Source of the DNA: Tubiluchus corallicola
Taxonomy: Eukaryota; Animalia; Priapulida
NCBI GenBank assembly: GCA_030141605.1
Contig: JAQGDQ010000001.1
Location: 2,294,001-2,358,000, forward strand
Length of the DNA: 64,000 nt
Reading direction: 5' to 3'
Position 1 is the first letter of the stretch. Each line of letters starts with the position of its first letter. A model generated the notes under the pieces. The model searched no databases and was not told the DNA's origin. It saw nothing but the letters and a program-made list of their open reading frames with translations. A program made the position numbers and the translations under genes. Below are positions 1-12,480 of the stretch, piece by piece.

Positions 1-507
1 TCCATGTCAAAACGCTGGAGGCTTACGACATTTAATGTCATTCTTTTTTAAAGAAAACATAATCATCTGATGAATTAAAATATGCTGTAGTCCTAGTTTG
101 TAAAACTGTGCTATGATTTATGCTAAAACGGCAGAGCTTAAACTTTTTAAAATGCATCCTAAGCACGCAAAAACAAGGTGACAGCCATTTACAAACCAAA
201 ACATTAAAGTGATGCTAAAAGGTGAGCCGTTTGTTTCGTTGTTATGCAGTCAGCTGCAAAACCAATGTGATACATAGACAAGTTTTTTGAAAATTTAATT
301 GAAAATAATGCAAAAAACTCGAAAGACATGGTTGAAGATGTGAATTTATTTTCCCATTTTACCTCTTACACAACGCTATTACGCAACCTCTTAAACGCAA
401 AACTAGGAATTAATCTAAAATTGCAAATAATGGAGACAACTGCATCTTTCACAAGACCCCAGTTTAATATTAAAAGGTTGGTAAACTTCTTGCTGTTTTG
501 CCTTTAG

Positions 508-1603
508 GTGGGAGGAAGGAAGCAGTCATGACGGCGGTGTAAAGTGGAAGACTTTAGAACATAAAGGCCCATTATTTGCTCCTCCATATGAACGCCTTCC
601 TAAAAGCATTCACTTCAAATACGATGGGAAATCTATGGAATTGAGTGAAGCTGCTGAAGAAGTTGCGGGCTTCTATGCCAGGTTTATTGAACATGACTAC
701 TGTACCAAGGAGGCTTTCAACAAGAACTTTTTTAAAGACTGGCGCAAAGTAATGAATGCAGAAGAAAGAAAAATCATAACAGATCTGAACAAGTGCAACT
801 TCAGGGAAATATTTCAGTACTATCAAATGAAATCTGAAGAGAAAAAAGCTTTGCCAAAAGAAGAGAAGAAGAAGCTTAAGTTACAGAACGAGGCCATTCA
901 AGAAGAGTATGGATATTGTGTTGTTGATGGATATCGCCAGAAAATTGGAAACTTCCGAATAGAGCCTCCTGGTCTATTTCGTGGACGTGGAGATCATCCA
1001 AAAATGGGGTCTCTAAAACGAAGAATTGAACCAGAAGATGTTGCAGTTAACTGCAGTAAAGGTTCAAAAATTCCAAAACCTCCGGAGGGTCATAGGTGGA
1101 AGGAAGTGAAACATGATAACACGGTAACCTGGCTTGCAACATGGATCGAAAATGTCCAAGGACAGAATAAATATGTTATGCTTAATCCGAGTTCCAAGTT
1201 AAAAGGTGAAAAAGATTACCAAAAATACGAACTTGCGAGAAAGTTGAAGAACTATGTTGAAAACATACGCGCCACCTACAGAGAGGACTGGAAGAGCAAA
1301 GAAATGAAGGCAAGACAAAGAAGTGTGGCTTTGTATTTCATCGACAAGTTGGCACTTAGAGCAGGAAATGAAAAAGAAGAGGGAGAATCAGCTGACACAG
1401 TTGGTTGCTGTTCTCTGAGAGTGGAACACATAACATTACACGAAGAAAAGGATGAGCAAGAGTATGTTGTGGAATTTGATTTTCTGGGAAAAGATTCCAT
1501 TCGCTACACAAACAGTGTCCCCGTTGAGAAACGAGTGTTCAAAAACTTGGTACGGTTTATGGAAAACAAGAAACCTGGAGACGATTTATTCGATAGGCTG
1601 AAT
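508..1603 (+). CDS. TOP1: TOP1 exon, core domain (1096 nt)
   Basis: Acceptor cctttag at 501-507, donor gtaagt at 1604; matches ORF 635..1627; ends FDRLN. Confidence 0.96.
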
Positions 1604-4600
1604 GTAAGTTTACAGCAGTTTCAATAAATTATAAATGCTTAATAACTTACCAGGGTGTTTGTATTTCTGAATGTATAACAAAGTAAATGTATGCAATCAT
1701 TATAAAGTCAAGAAAGTGGATTTAAATGGATTTAACTTATTTCAGACATAAAAACACAAATATAAGCACTTTAACTGTAGATAAATAGTCAGAACCAAAC
1801 AGGAACCATTTGAATCCACTTGACTTTTGCATAGCCATTAAAAATGGTTGTGTACATTTACTTTACTATACATTCAAAATTGATCTTTGATAAAAAAAAT
1901 GTGAGTAAATTCAAATGATTTGTTGCCACCCATTTCAGACTACGCTTTGAACTGTGCACTCCTTAGTGCTGTGGCAGTTGCTGTGGTGCATTCAATCATT
2001 CTGATTCAAAGGAAACATATTTTTTGTTATAAAATATTTCTTTGTCTTGTTGCATAATACATTTACATTTATAAAAATTTGAGAGAGGAAGGGTAGTGAA
2101 GAGAACTATGCAGATATATGGAAGGGAGAAGAAGAGGGAAAGAGCTATAAAAGTAACTCTCTAAAATGAAACAAAGCGGATGAGATTGACTTAAGCACAA
2201 TGCAAGCAGAAGAAAACCAGAGTTTGAAATATAAATTTCGTTATCTTGGCTCTTTGTGCTAAGTCTGTACCTGTAATTTTATGCAAAACTGTGTGTTTTC
2301 TTCATTGGCTTACAATTAATATGCTTGATTTACGTGAGCTAAGCAATGCTGATTTTGGCCCTCGAATGTATGTCTTTAATTTATGTCTGTGCATTTTAAT
2401 AAAACAATATCCTCCATTATGTATACTTAGTTAATATTCAGTACTAGTAATATATGATCTTTTGGATTGGCGAAGTTTCCTTGCATTGTGTGTGATAGAG
2501 CATTTGAGAAGGGTCCGAAATTTACCACTTACAACGAAATGTGATTCCACCTGTATATTTCTTATAAGCTTTGGCGAAGCACTTAAAATAATTGAAAGCT
2601 TTTTCAGGTAGTTCTAAGATACTATATATAACACAATGTTATACACACATAGTAATAATGCACATGAAAACTTGGCACTATACACCCATGTAATAATTAT
2701 GTATACAACCTGCACTTTGAGTTTCTTTCCATCTGTACTTATCGATTAACACCACGTTTAATTACTTGCAGACTACTATTCTGAACAAGTATCTACAGGA
2801 ACTGATGGAAGGTCTAACGGCTAAGGTGTTCCGTACATATAATGCATCCAAAACTTTACAGGATCAGCTTGATTTACTGTCACAGGGTATGTGCAAATAT
2901 CTTCCTACAAAAAGTGATTGTAATTAAAAAGTTTCATCAAGTTTGTTTGACTTATTTAGAATTCAAAAACCTGTGAGTATTGAAATTAAATGCTATGGTT
3001 AAAAACATGTCACATTAATACAGTTGTGGTACATTTTTTGTAAGTCTCGCTTATTGTCATTTTGGCAAGCATCTAAAATTGGAAAAACATTTTCCAAGAC
3101 AAAGTTTTTATACAAAAAATGAGTACTCCATGTTTCTATTTGCAGATTTGCTGTTATTTCTCCTTGATTATAACAAAGCATTATATTTACAGATTTGGTT
3201 TAAAAAACTTTTGCAATCTTGTGGCAAACTAGCAACTAAATATATAATTATTCTCTATAAATTACTTCACAGTCAGAATTTATAAACAGTTTTATATCGT
3301 GTACTATTTTGGTGACAGTATTGTTAAAGAGAGTCAAAAGTTCAAACACTTACTGCATTAGCATTACTATTATAAAAATGCTTCCAAGAGCCATCTGTAA
3401 CAGCTGGAATCTTGAATAATAGCAGTTTGAAACTAACATTTTTTTCTCAACTCACTTTGCTACGTTGTTTGATTTGTTTTCCTTAATTTTATTTGATTTC
3501 TATAACAAATTTACAGATTGTGATGATTCTGTCCCTGCAAAAATTTTGGCATACAATCGCGCAAATAGGGCTGTTGCTATTCTCTGCAACCATCAGCGAG
3601 CAGTACCAAAAATGTTTGGTCAGCAAATGGAAAGGCTAAATGAGAAGGTATCTCTATGCGTTTTTACTTTTGTATTTGCTAGTTCAGTCTAGGTAAGTAA
3701 CTTTATTTATTTTAAGTGCTTCAAAATAAATGCTAAAGCAGTACAAGACTTTTCTAAATGATATAGTGCCACAGATTCATTATGTTTAGTCATTGCAAAA
3801 ACTTGATAGCAAGAAATTGTAAATTTTGCACACTCCCATTTTGTAATATCTAGTACCTGCTGCACTTGGGGCTGCATGCCACTTTTCAGATGCCAGTGTG
3901 GTGTAAAATTGTTGATAACTATATGAACTGTAACCTTAGTAGCAAGTGTTCCAAGATGGGGCAGATGGAGCAGTCTGATAACCAACACTATTTTGTCTTG
4001 CCTTTTAATTTGTTAATTGGTCTGGTAGAAATACAATCACTTGTGTGATAGCCATAGAAGAGAAAACTAGAGGCTATATGTCAAGCTAGATCATAGAGAA
4101 AAGGTAGCATAAAGACAGCCGAAGATGGGAGCTTTTTGTTTACATCATAATTACAGTAAACTCCCACGTAACTCAAAATCGCATAAATCAAATTTTCACC
4201 TCACTCAAAGAATTTCAGCGGAACTGATGATATCTTCCATTTTTCCCACAAAAAACATTGCTGAAGTCAAAATATATAACTCAAAATTTCGCCTAACTCA
4301 AATAAAAAGTTATGGTCATTTTAATCAAAATACGTGTGATTTACTACAGTACATAAGACATTGGTAGCCCCACTGTCATATTTTTAACAGTGTTGTGTAG
4401 GTGTTATTCGTTATGTAATTTGTTAATTTGTTATTCGTTATGTAATTGTCATCAAATCTCAACATTTATGTATAGAAGAGTTGACATTCTGCCTTCTATT
4501 TAATTTGCCATCTGGAGGAGGGTTTTAGAGTTGCTATGCTGGAAGATGGTCAACATCGCCTAATTCAGAGTTTTTTTTTGTTCTGGTTGGATTTGAATTG

Positions 4601-7600
4601 TGCAGCGTTTACTGTATTACGGCGCAAAAACTGTATGAATGTATATATATCAAGTATTAACAGCTAAGATGTGAAAGGCATGCCAAAGGCAAATCCCAGC
4701 AGAGAAAATCAAAGCTTTAGAGCTCTACTGTTTAAAAATTAGTGGAATCCTTCTATTAATTTCCATTTTGCTGCTGTTCACTGTACGTATCGATTCTTAG
4801 CAGTCATCTTAGGCATTGTTGAGAGTACTCTATAAACCATGAGAGTACTGTCCCACTTCACCCACTTCACTGTATATACTAGTAATTAGCTGCTTCTAGC
4901 CAAACACGTGAGCTCGAGATAACATCATAGCTTATGCATCATGGGACGAAATGCGCCAGTGATGATGTAGCGCTTGCGAGCACCATTCACAGCGTGAAAG
5001 CTGGAATTTTTTAATAAAAAAACTTGTCTTTAGTAGTTTGTGGAGCATATCACTTGAAATGTTTTGATGAAATTGCTCTAAAAATAAGACACAGCAAATG
5101 TTCTTAACTTATCTTGTTTTACAGTTTAGTACTCCTTTAAAGTAGATGCTGCACAGGCCTTTTAAATGTGAACATTCACAGAACAGAAAGTAATGTACAG
5201 TTGACAAAACTGTTGAAGATAGCACTTCTATGCAAGAAGATTACAATAACCAGTTAATCGTAATTTTGTAATAATTTTCTCTGTCCATGGGCAAATTGCT
5301 GGTTAAGTGTATATTTCAGGTTACTGAAAAATTTAAACACTTTAATAAACCTGAAAAATAAAAGTTGGTTTATTGGCTGTAATTTTGTTGTTTTTTTATT
5401 ATAGTAAGCAGCTCATAGTTATCCTCATTTGGAAAATGTTTTTAATGTGTCATTTACAACAGTTATATTTGGCATTTTTTTAGCTTTTATTCAGGTTGTA
5501 TTTGAGTAGCTTTATGCCTAAGTAACAGTTTTTATTACTCTTGACATCACATAGAATGCTGTAGAATATCACATTTTTGATAGCTATTTATTTGCAACAG
5601 CTAGTATGTAGTTAGCAGTACAGTGTTGCCAAAAACTGGTCTCTCATGATAGTCACTCACAGGCCCCAAAGGTTGCTCTGGTAGGCAATCTAGTGCTTAA
5701 CATGAAATTCAACATTTGGTTGATAAAAATAAATTAAGACTTAGTATAAAATCGTTTCAGCATCATAAGGGGATTTCAGAATTGTAAAAAAGTTGCTAGT
5801 TGGTCCTCTGAAATGTTATAAGGGAATAGCATCTATTGTATCTCCCAGATTTTTTACATACTTTTTGTTCCATAATAATACTAGTTTTTCTACACTTATA
5901 ATGCATTAATTTTGCTACATTTTTTATTTCAGATAAAAGACAAGAAAGAAGTGATTAAAAAGGCAAAGAAGGAGATGAAGAATGCTAAGGCAGACTATAA
6001 AAGCACGGGCTCTGATTCGGCTGGCAGGTAAGCAATATCATGATTGTTTTGCATTCAAACCTGGTTTATATAAATCTGAGAAATTTGCCCATAAACAACA
6101 CTTTTTCTATTAACAGTCCGTTTGGGCTTGTATTATATAAGTGTGCATGATAGAATTTTGTTTTCAGCGAACAGCTAAAATTGGTGATGTTAAGTCTTTT
6201 GTCACACATAAACTGGATAAGTGACCATTGAATAGGGCTGTAATATGGCATTTTAACTGCATGAAGTTCTCAACTTATGCAAGTTATGGAGATAAAGTTG
6301 TTTTTGTGTATTTTTCGGTACACGCTTTTGGTTTCACAAGTATACTATACTTAAAGTTGCTAACAGTTTGTGTAGCTCTTGTTGCTGACAGCTCGCATTC
6401 ATCAAAATTTTGATGGCATCAAACTTGGCTTCATAAGTCTGCTGCAGTGCCTTTACATAAATAGCCATGCAATGATTTTACATCTCTGCAGTCAAGCACA
6501 CAGCGAAAAAAAAAAATCTCAATTATTGAGTAAGGGTTTACCACAAAATGAATGCCGTTATTTGATTAGCTGCTAAGAAAATTGAAAATCAAATTAGTGA
6601 GTGACTGCTGAAACACCAACTACAGTATTTTAAAAACACTTCTTTCTAGACTTTATGAAAGAAAGAAGAAGGCACTGCAACGTCTGGAGCAGCAGTTAGT
6701 AAAACTGGAAGTACAGGCAACTGACAAGGAAGAGAACAAAGAAATTGCGCTAGGAACATCCAAACTCAATTATTTAGATCCTCGAATATCTGTCGCTTGG
6801 TAAATTATTTTTAACAATTTTGCATGTTAAAAAATTCCTTTGTCATACGTATGGCAATAATGTGGGTAATGATTTTTTATTCTGATTTTATGGTGGCAAA
6901 CTGGCTTGCAAAGTACATTCTGATGATCTTTAGATGTAGCGCCTATATTAGTTAGTTCCACATGATCTAATAGAATTCTTTATAAAGCTAAGATGACTGC
7001 ATATGAACTTTGTGCATTTCATAGAAAAAATGGAACCAGCCTGGTTTTTCAAATGGAAAGGATTGGCAAGCACATTCTGTACTAGAAATGTATCGAGAAA
7101 ACATTTGCCAACTTTTGAAAAAAACAAATAATTATAAAAAGTAATCATTATTTTTCCATACTAAATGGTTTAGAAATAATATATAATTGAATAAAATTGT
7201 AAGGAAATATTCTTAAAAGGAGTTGATTCCTGTTTGTCAATCAGTTTTTAGATTAATGCACATAGCATCTTGGTGATGTTGAATAAAATACAGTTTAAAG
7301 CAAATTGCTTATGCTGGTCACTGTACAGCACATGCTATGACCATACTAGTTAAGTTAATAATACCTTGAGATAAGAAGCATGTTGGCTAGTGGTTAAATT
7401 ACTCTATAACATTTCCCCCAACATCTAAGGTTGATGACGATCTGGTGCAGAGAGAAACCATTACTGTGCAGTCATAGATTGATATAGATTAGTTTTGTGG
7501 CAATCCTGGTTGGTTAACATAGAATCTAAAAAGTCATCTTTAAATATAGATAGCTTTGTGTTAATGAAACTGCTAAATTTTTATCTAGGTGTAAGAAGTA

Positions 7601-7691
7601 CGAAGTTCCGATAGAAAAGATCTACAACAAAACCCAGAGAGAGAAATTTCGTTGGGCAATTGATATGACTGAACCGGATTTCTTCTTTTAA
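508..7691 (+). CDS. TOP1: DNA topoisomerase I (type IB), 5'-partial spliced gene; exons 508-1603, 2772-2886, 3517-3647, 5933-6027, 6650-6799, 7589-7691
   Basis: Translated exons give [73 protein letters not shown] and the catalytic [11 protein letters not shown] motif (Tyr codon 6771-6773). All five introns are GT-AG with matching phases; stop TAA at 7689-7691. Confidence 0.97.
2772..2886 (+). CDS. TOP1: TOP1 exon ([38 protein letters not shown])
   Basis: ttgcag acceptor, gtatgt donor; conserved [10 protein letters not shown] motif. Confidence 0.95.
3517..3647 (+). CDS. TOP1: TOP1 exon ([24 protein letters not shown])
   Basis: ttacag acceptor, gtatct donor; contains the catalytic His of CNHQR. 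Confidence 0.95.
4154..4325. mobile_element. Tc1/mariner-like MITE fragment in a TOP1 intron
   Basis: Starts TA|CAGTAAACTCCCACGTAACTCAAAA with a repeated TAACTCAAA subterminal motif. No matching second end found. Confidence 0.35.
5933..6027 (+). CDS. TOP1: TOP1 exon, linker domain ([31 protein letters not shown])
   Basis: tttcag acceptor, gtaagc donor; phases 0/2 fit both neighbours; Lys-rich coiled coil as expected for the linker. Confidence 0.9.
6650..6799 (+). CDS. TOP1: TOP1 exon carrying the catalytic tyrosine ([18 protein letters not shown])
   Basis: ttctag acceptor, gtaaat donor; canonical SKxNY active-site motif. Confidence 0.96.
7589..7691 (+). CDS. TOP1: TOP1 terminal coding exon ([33 protein letters not shown])
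   Basis: atctag acceptor; conserved [13 protein letters not shown]; TAA stop. Confidence 0.95.
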
Positions 7692-7997
7692 CCACTATTA
7701 ACCTTGATAGTGAAGTTGTAATGTAGTTGTTTATGTAAGTGAAGCTCCTTTGTGTCACTATTCTAATTTTTATTGACACAACTGAGTGTGTTACATGTTG
7801 CACTTTAGGAAATAGGATCTCACTGATATCCAGCTCCTTGTGGTTTCTTATTATTAAATTGTTTTTACTCAAGTGGTTGCAAGGTTATTATTCTTAAGTT
7901 TTTTATAACATACATTGAAACATTACATCTTTTTAGATTAATCCTGCAGTTTTTTTCTTAGAAAGTCTGATTTTAATTAACACCTACTTTCCAAAAG

Positions 7998-8003
7998 AAT
8001 AAA
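7998..8003 (+). promoter_or_regulatory. Candidate TOP1 polyadenylation signal (AATAAA)
   Basis: First AATAAA about 300 nt after the stop, followed by T/GT-rich sequence. Other AATAAA hexamers occur further downstream. Confidence 0.4.
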
Positions 8004-10589
8004 ATAGCTGTTTTATTGGATTTTATTAATTATTTTGTTATGTTGTTATTTACAGACCTTGCTGTTCAGGTTTCAAAATTCAGAAATTCATTAAAGGTCG
8101 GTAAATAATAAATATGTGCATGGTTTGCACTTCTGTTAGCAAAAACTACACCAACATGCACAGGTTTTTTAAAGAGAATTACAGTAACTTTATGAAAGTG
8201 TTAAAATCGAACATGGGAGTTAGTTGCCAGTATTGATATTGCTCAGTTGCAAATATCCTATTACATAGCTGGGTATGCCCACAAAAGCATTTATTATGTA
8301 TTCATTCAAAGTCTAATAACTTATAAAACACACGCCTCTGAATCTAATTTAAAAATCGTATCCATCCTTTCACTAATTCCCGTAAGTTTATGTCAGAATG
8401 CTTGTTGTTGGGATGAAGTTGTCTTTGCGCGAAGCCAGTTGCTATAATCCTCTAGTGACTTGTTCTATTCACATACTGCTACACTTTTTGCTATTAAATT
8501 TATATTTTTCTAGCCTTGTGTGAAATTATTAATTGTGTTAATTCAAGAAACAGTGTCACTTTTGCGGTTGTGAAACTTGCTAGACTGTTTGGTGCCCTTA
8601 TCAGAAGCACTGTCGATTTGTGAATGTCATACATTTTTGCTTTTTTATTGTGATACAATAATAATATTGAATTTCCAAAACTCGTTTCATAGACGTATAT
8701 TCAAGCTTTAGTGTTTACTTTACCCCAGCTATATACAATTTAAATTGACGAAGCTATTATGTATTCCAACAATTTTATTGAGAATGTGTAATGCCAGTCC
8801 CATTTTAGGCTAAATTATTTCGATTTGTAACAATGTTCAGTTTTTTAAACTGATGATGTATTTATATTTAAACTGTAAAAAAATTGCTGCCTAAATGAAA
8901 ACATTAAAATGACAATTATTAATGAATAAATCTAGCCAATTTTGTAAGTGGTTATACCAGTAACTTTGCTAATTAAAATGCAGAAGTATTTATTTATGTA
9001 AATTTATAAGCGTCGTCCCATCTGGTTAATTAACAACTTCAATTATATTCTGTTATAGTCTGACTGAAGTGATTAAAGTTGTCTTCAGACATGTGTTCAG
9101 TGATTTTGCTAACACTTGTAACTGCTGTAAAATTGTTATTATACGTCTATTATTTGTTGCTCATAACTAAATGCCAGAGTAATATGAGTTTCCTTTCTTT
9201 ATACGTATTCGCTTGGTTATCTATTTAAGTTAATCTGTTTCACTCAATGTTATAGGTAGGTTTTTCTTTTGCCTGCATGGTAACAGTAATAGGTGAAAAC
9301 TGTGATGCCGATTTGGTCCAGAGTATTAGCAATTTCACAATTTTATGCCAAGTTTCCAAAAATTGTGGTGTGTAGTAGACTTACCGTCTGCCAGTGCAAT
9401 ATCTGCACAGTCTCTTTCCTTATTGCTGTTTTGTTTCAAGAAATGTAGAGCTTATGTTACACGCATTTAAATGTGCATAATTCAATCGATTTGATCGATG
9501 CTGAGTTTTTAATATTGTAGGGATTGGTTTCTATGCTGGCACATTTCGAACCAAACATGTCTGTAATAAAACTATAAAATAAAGTAATATTACAATCATG
9601 CCATGTGTTTTGTTTGTCAGTGTGGACTTATTAGGTGTTTACTATTTTAAATAACCTTTTCAAGGACATCATTTAACTTCACGCAGGCTACATTTTGCAA
9701 GTTGTGGTGTTATTGACAACAAAGACAGAGATGCACTGCCAGATGATTTATTATTCTGTGGTTGGCACGAAAATGGTTTAAGTAAAGCTTAATAATACAG
9801 AGTGCATATATACATGTTTATTCTATAAAATACCCTAGTGCAGCAATATAACTAGTACTATAATCGGATTAATCACAACACTACAGTCATTGAACGTTTG
9901 GTGTATTTTAGAAGAAACCGACGCATAGAATGCATTGTTTTGTTCATTTGCTTATACTATCTGTCAACTCGAAAACGATTAGTTAAATCAACTAAATAGT
10001 AAGCCAATTAAATTAGTGTGTTTATCAATATCAAGATCAATAATAATTGTAAGCACTTTTTCTGTATCTCTTGCAAAGTCCATGATAACCTTATACATTC
10101 AGCGGTAGTATTTGTAGAAGCGTACACGTGCTAAGTGAATTATAGGCCTCCTGTAATAGCTGTTTCCAGTTTTACAGGGTACTCACGAAATTAATCGTTT
10201 CTTTTCGCACAAAAACTTCAGTTGTTTTAAATGTTACATGGTAAACGTAGTGGACGAGGACTCGGACAATAATTTTAGCCGTTTATAAGCAGTGTGGTTT
10301 GTAGCGCAAAACAACGGATAGACGTAATTTGTGTTTCGGCACTAGCACTCAAATGTCTCGTGCCAAATGTCCTTTAACCGCACATCAAAATAGAGGTTAA
10401 GTTCTTAGCAAGCTTGCCCCTAAGCCAACGTTTTCATGATGTCATGCACTAAGCAGCTCCCTGGTTGGTTCACAAATTCTCACGTTTGAGAAATGATGCG
10501 TGGAAAGAGCACAAATTTCCAATGTGCCTCTTAATTGGTCAAACATTTTTCTCATCCAAATTTCATTCACAAAAATTTCTATATTACAG

Positions 10590-10845
10590 GCCAGAATGAA
10601 ACGGGGTGTTTTACAGAATGCCTAAGCGTTTACTGGAGTGTCAAAGCAAACCAGGCAGCGTGAAATCGGGTATTCTGTAGAATGCCTAGGCATTTTATGA
10701 AGTCTAAAACAAACCAGATATGAAGTGCCTAAAATAGCTCCTTCTACACTTTACCTAGGCATTACATATGGTTTGTCTAAGCAAAGTGTGTAATTCTTAG
10801 ATTTTAAACATATTATTCAAGGGCATTTTATAGAATGCTAAATAA
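10590..10845. repeat. Degenerate repeat with recurring palindromic motif (AGAATGCCTAGGCATT), probable old DNA-transposon fragment
   Basis: Motif variants near 10616, 10679, 10754 and 10822-10840; block GCAAAG(T/C)GTGTAATTCTTAGATTTT at about 10781 recurs at about 12524. Confidence 0.45.
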
Positions 10846-11669
10846 ATTGTAGTTAATCTAGAAATGAAACAAATATTCAGTTGTTCTAATATAATTTCCA
10901 ATATTTTATATTACAATATTGAAAAGAGAGAGATGCAAGCCTTATGTCTGTTGTGCCAGCTATAATTTGTAAATCGCTCTCACACAAAATATCTAGTTTT
11001 AATCAAAAAATTTGTTCCCTGCACGTCAAATTTCTATTATTTAATCCCTTGTTCTTCCTTGACAACGCCAGCCATAACTATTTAAACTGTACGCAACATG
11101 CAAAATAGTATTTACGCAAGCTCTAAGCCTTCCGTGACGTTACGAACAAATCATAGATTTAAGATTAAAACTGGCTAATGAATCCTGTGCGGTAGCGAAA
11201 AACATAAGAACGTTCTTATACACAAACAAGTATAGGAAAAATGGTTTGTAAGAACTTTAATTGAATACTGCTCCAGGCTTCCTGAATGGAAAGTGATCCA
11301 CTTGACCGAGCAGCTTGTCAGAGATGGTGATGTTGCACCCATTACCAAAAAAATTAACTCACCAGATTATTTGAGCTGCTTAATTTAGTACTTTGACTAT
11401 GTTGGTTTATGCATTTCATACAATGCCTAGGTAATATATAAAATATCTAGGGAATATTCTATTCAACATAAATTACGTTCGTTTTACACTTTGTCAAAGT
11501 CACTTTACACATTTTATAAAAATCCTAGTTATTATATTATTATACTAAATATGTAGGCAAAGCCTGAAAAAGTTACAACAAAAAAAGATATATTTAAGCA
11601 CTTTTCCCGAGATGGTTAAGTGTTATCATGAAACGCCAAGAGATTTTATAATGTGTCTTAATTTTACAC

Positions 11670-12480
11670 TTGTCTGTACTGTAAAATAAGCCATTATACT
11701 AATGTTGATAGCCTCATCAAAGTCTATTTCGCTATTGTACTCGTATATTCATTTTCGATTACGGGCTGTGTTACGGTTCAGCCTATGATACATCATTACG
11801 ACCTTTACAAACGTTACAAAATAGATATATTAGAATAACGTTTAAACATGCTCTACTAACAAATCGCAATCATATGTATTACACACGTGCATTTGTAAAA
11901 ATTAATGAATTGTATCATCGTGAGTGTTTATTATTTTATGTATAAATACTTTCATAATCTGCTTCCTCCAGCTTTTCGTAATTTATAATTATTCGTTCAC
12001 CAAACTCATACATACTACCTACACTCGTAGCACGCTTACCTTGGCTATCCAAACTAATTATTATCATCGTAACCCTTCATACAAGAGCGATTCAGCTCTG
12101 GGCACAAATGAGTCAAAAACCACCCATTGCTCCAGTTCAAAAAGAATGTTTTTCATTATGTTTTATCTCAATATTTTTCTTAATTAATCAAATTTTACTG
12201 TACAACATTAGTAATATCATCAGTTATCTTACTTGTGTTTTGGTATGTGCTTTAATGCCATAATTACTCGTGTTCTTATGTTTGTTTTATGATAATTATA
12301 TTCATTAACTTTTAGATTGGTTCTGTACTAATGCTTGCCACAACCCCGCTGTGAGGCGCGAAAGCTGACGCTCCTCCTCATTCCGAGGTTTATATGTACC
12401 AACCATTCGTCAATGTAACATTGCTATTGTTATTATGTATGTACGCAATTTGATGTATATTTGCACAAATAGGCCAAAAA
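11670..12480 (+). mobile_element. 5'-truncated, degenerate LINE (CR1/L2-group) ORF2 C-terminus plus 3' UTR
   Basis: Broken-frame peptides KISHYTNVDSLIKVYFAI, YGLCYGSAYDTSLRPLQTLQN, FMYKYFHNLLPPAF, HTTYTRS and LLQFKKNVFHY resemble the typical post-RT region of CR1/L2-like elements; stops and frameshifts throughout. Confidence 0.65.

Noticed and set aside
572-1500. Antisense ORFs over TOP1, and similar ones over RhoGAP exons (48882, 51365, 53791, 54280)
   Set aside because: Shadow ORFs opposite real coding exons, with no independent support.
3479-3487. U12-type branch-like TTCCTTAAT before a TOP1 exon
   Set aside because: The intron's donor (GTATGT) does not match the U12 consensus RTATCCTT, and the motif is too far from the acceptor.
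4955-5006. Possible C/D-box snoRNA in a TOP1 intron (CCAG-TGATGA...CTGG)
   Set aside because: No canonical CTGA D box, too short, and no recognisable rRNA-complementary guide. The same applies to the TGATGA at 6921.
6650-6799. Possible camptothecin-resistance or catalytic variants in TOP1
   Set aside because: Key positions look canonical (FRGRG, GKDS, GTSKLNY). The Ser in PRISVAW is, from memory, also present in other non-vertebrate TOP1 proteins.
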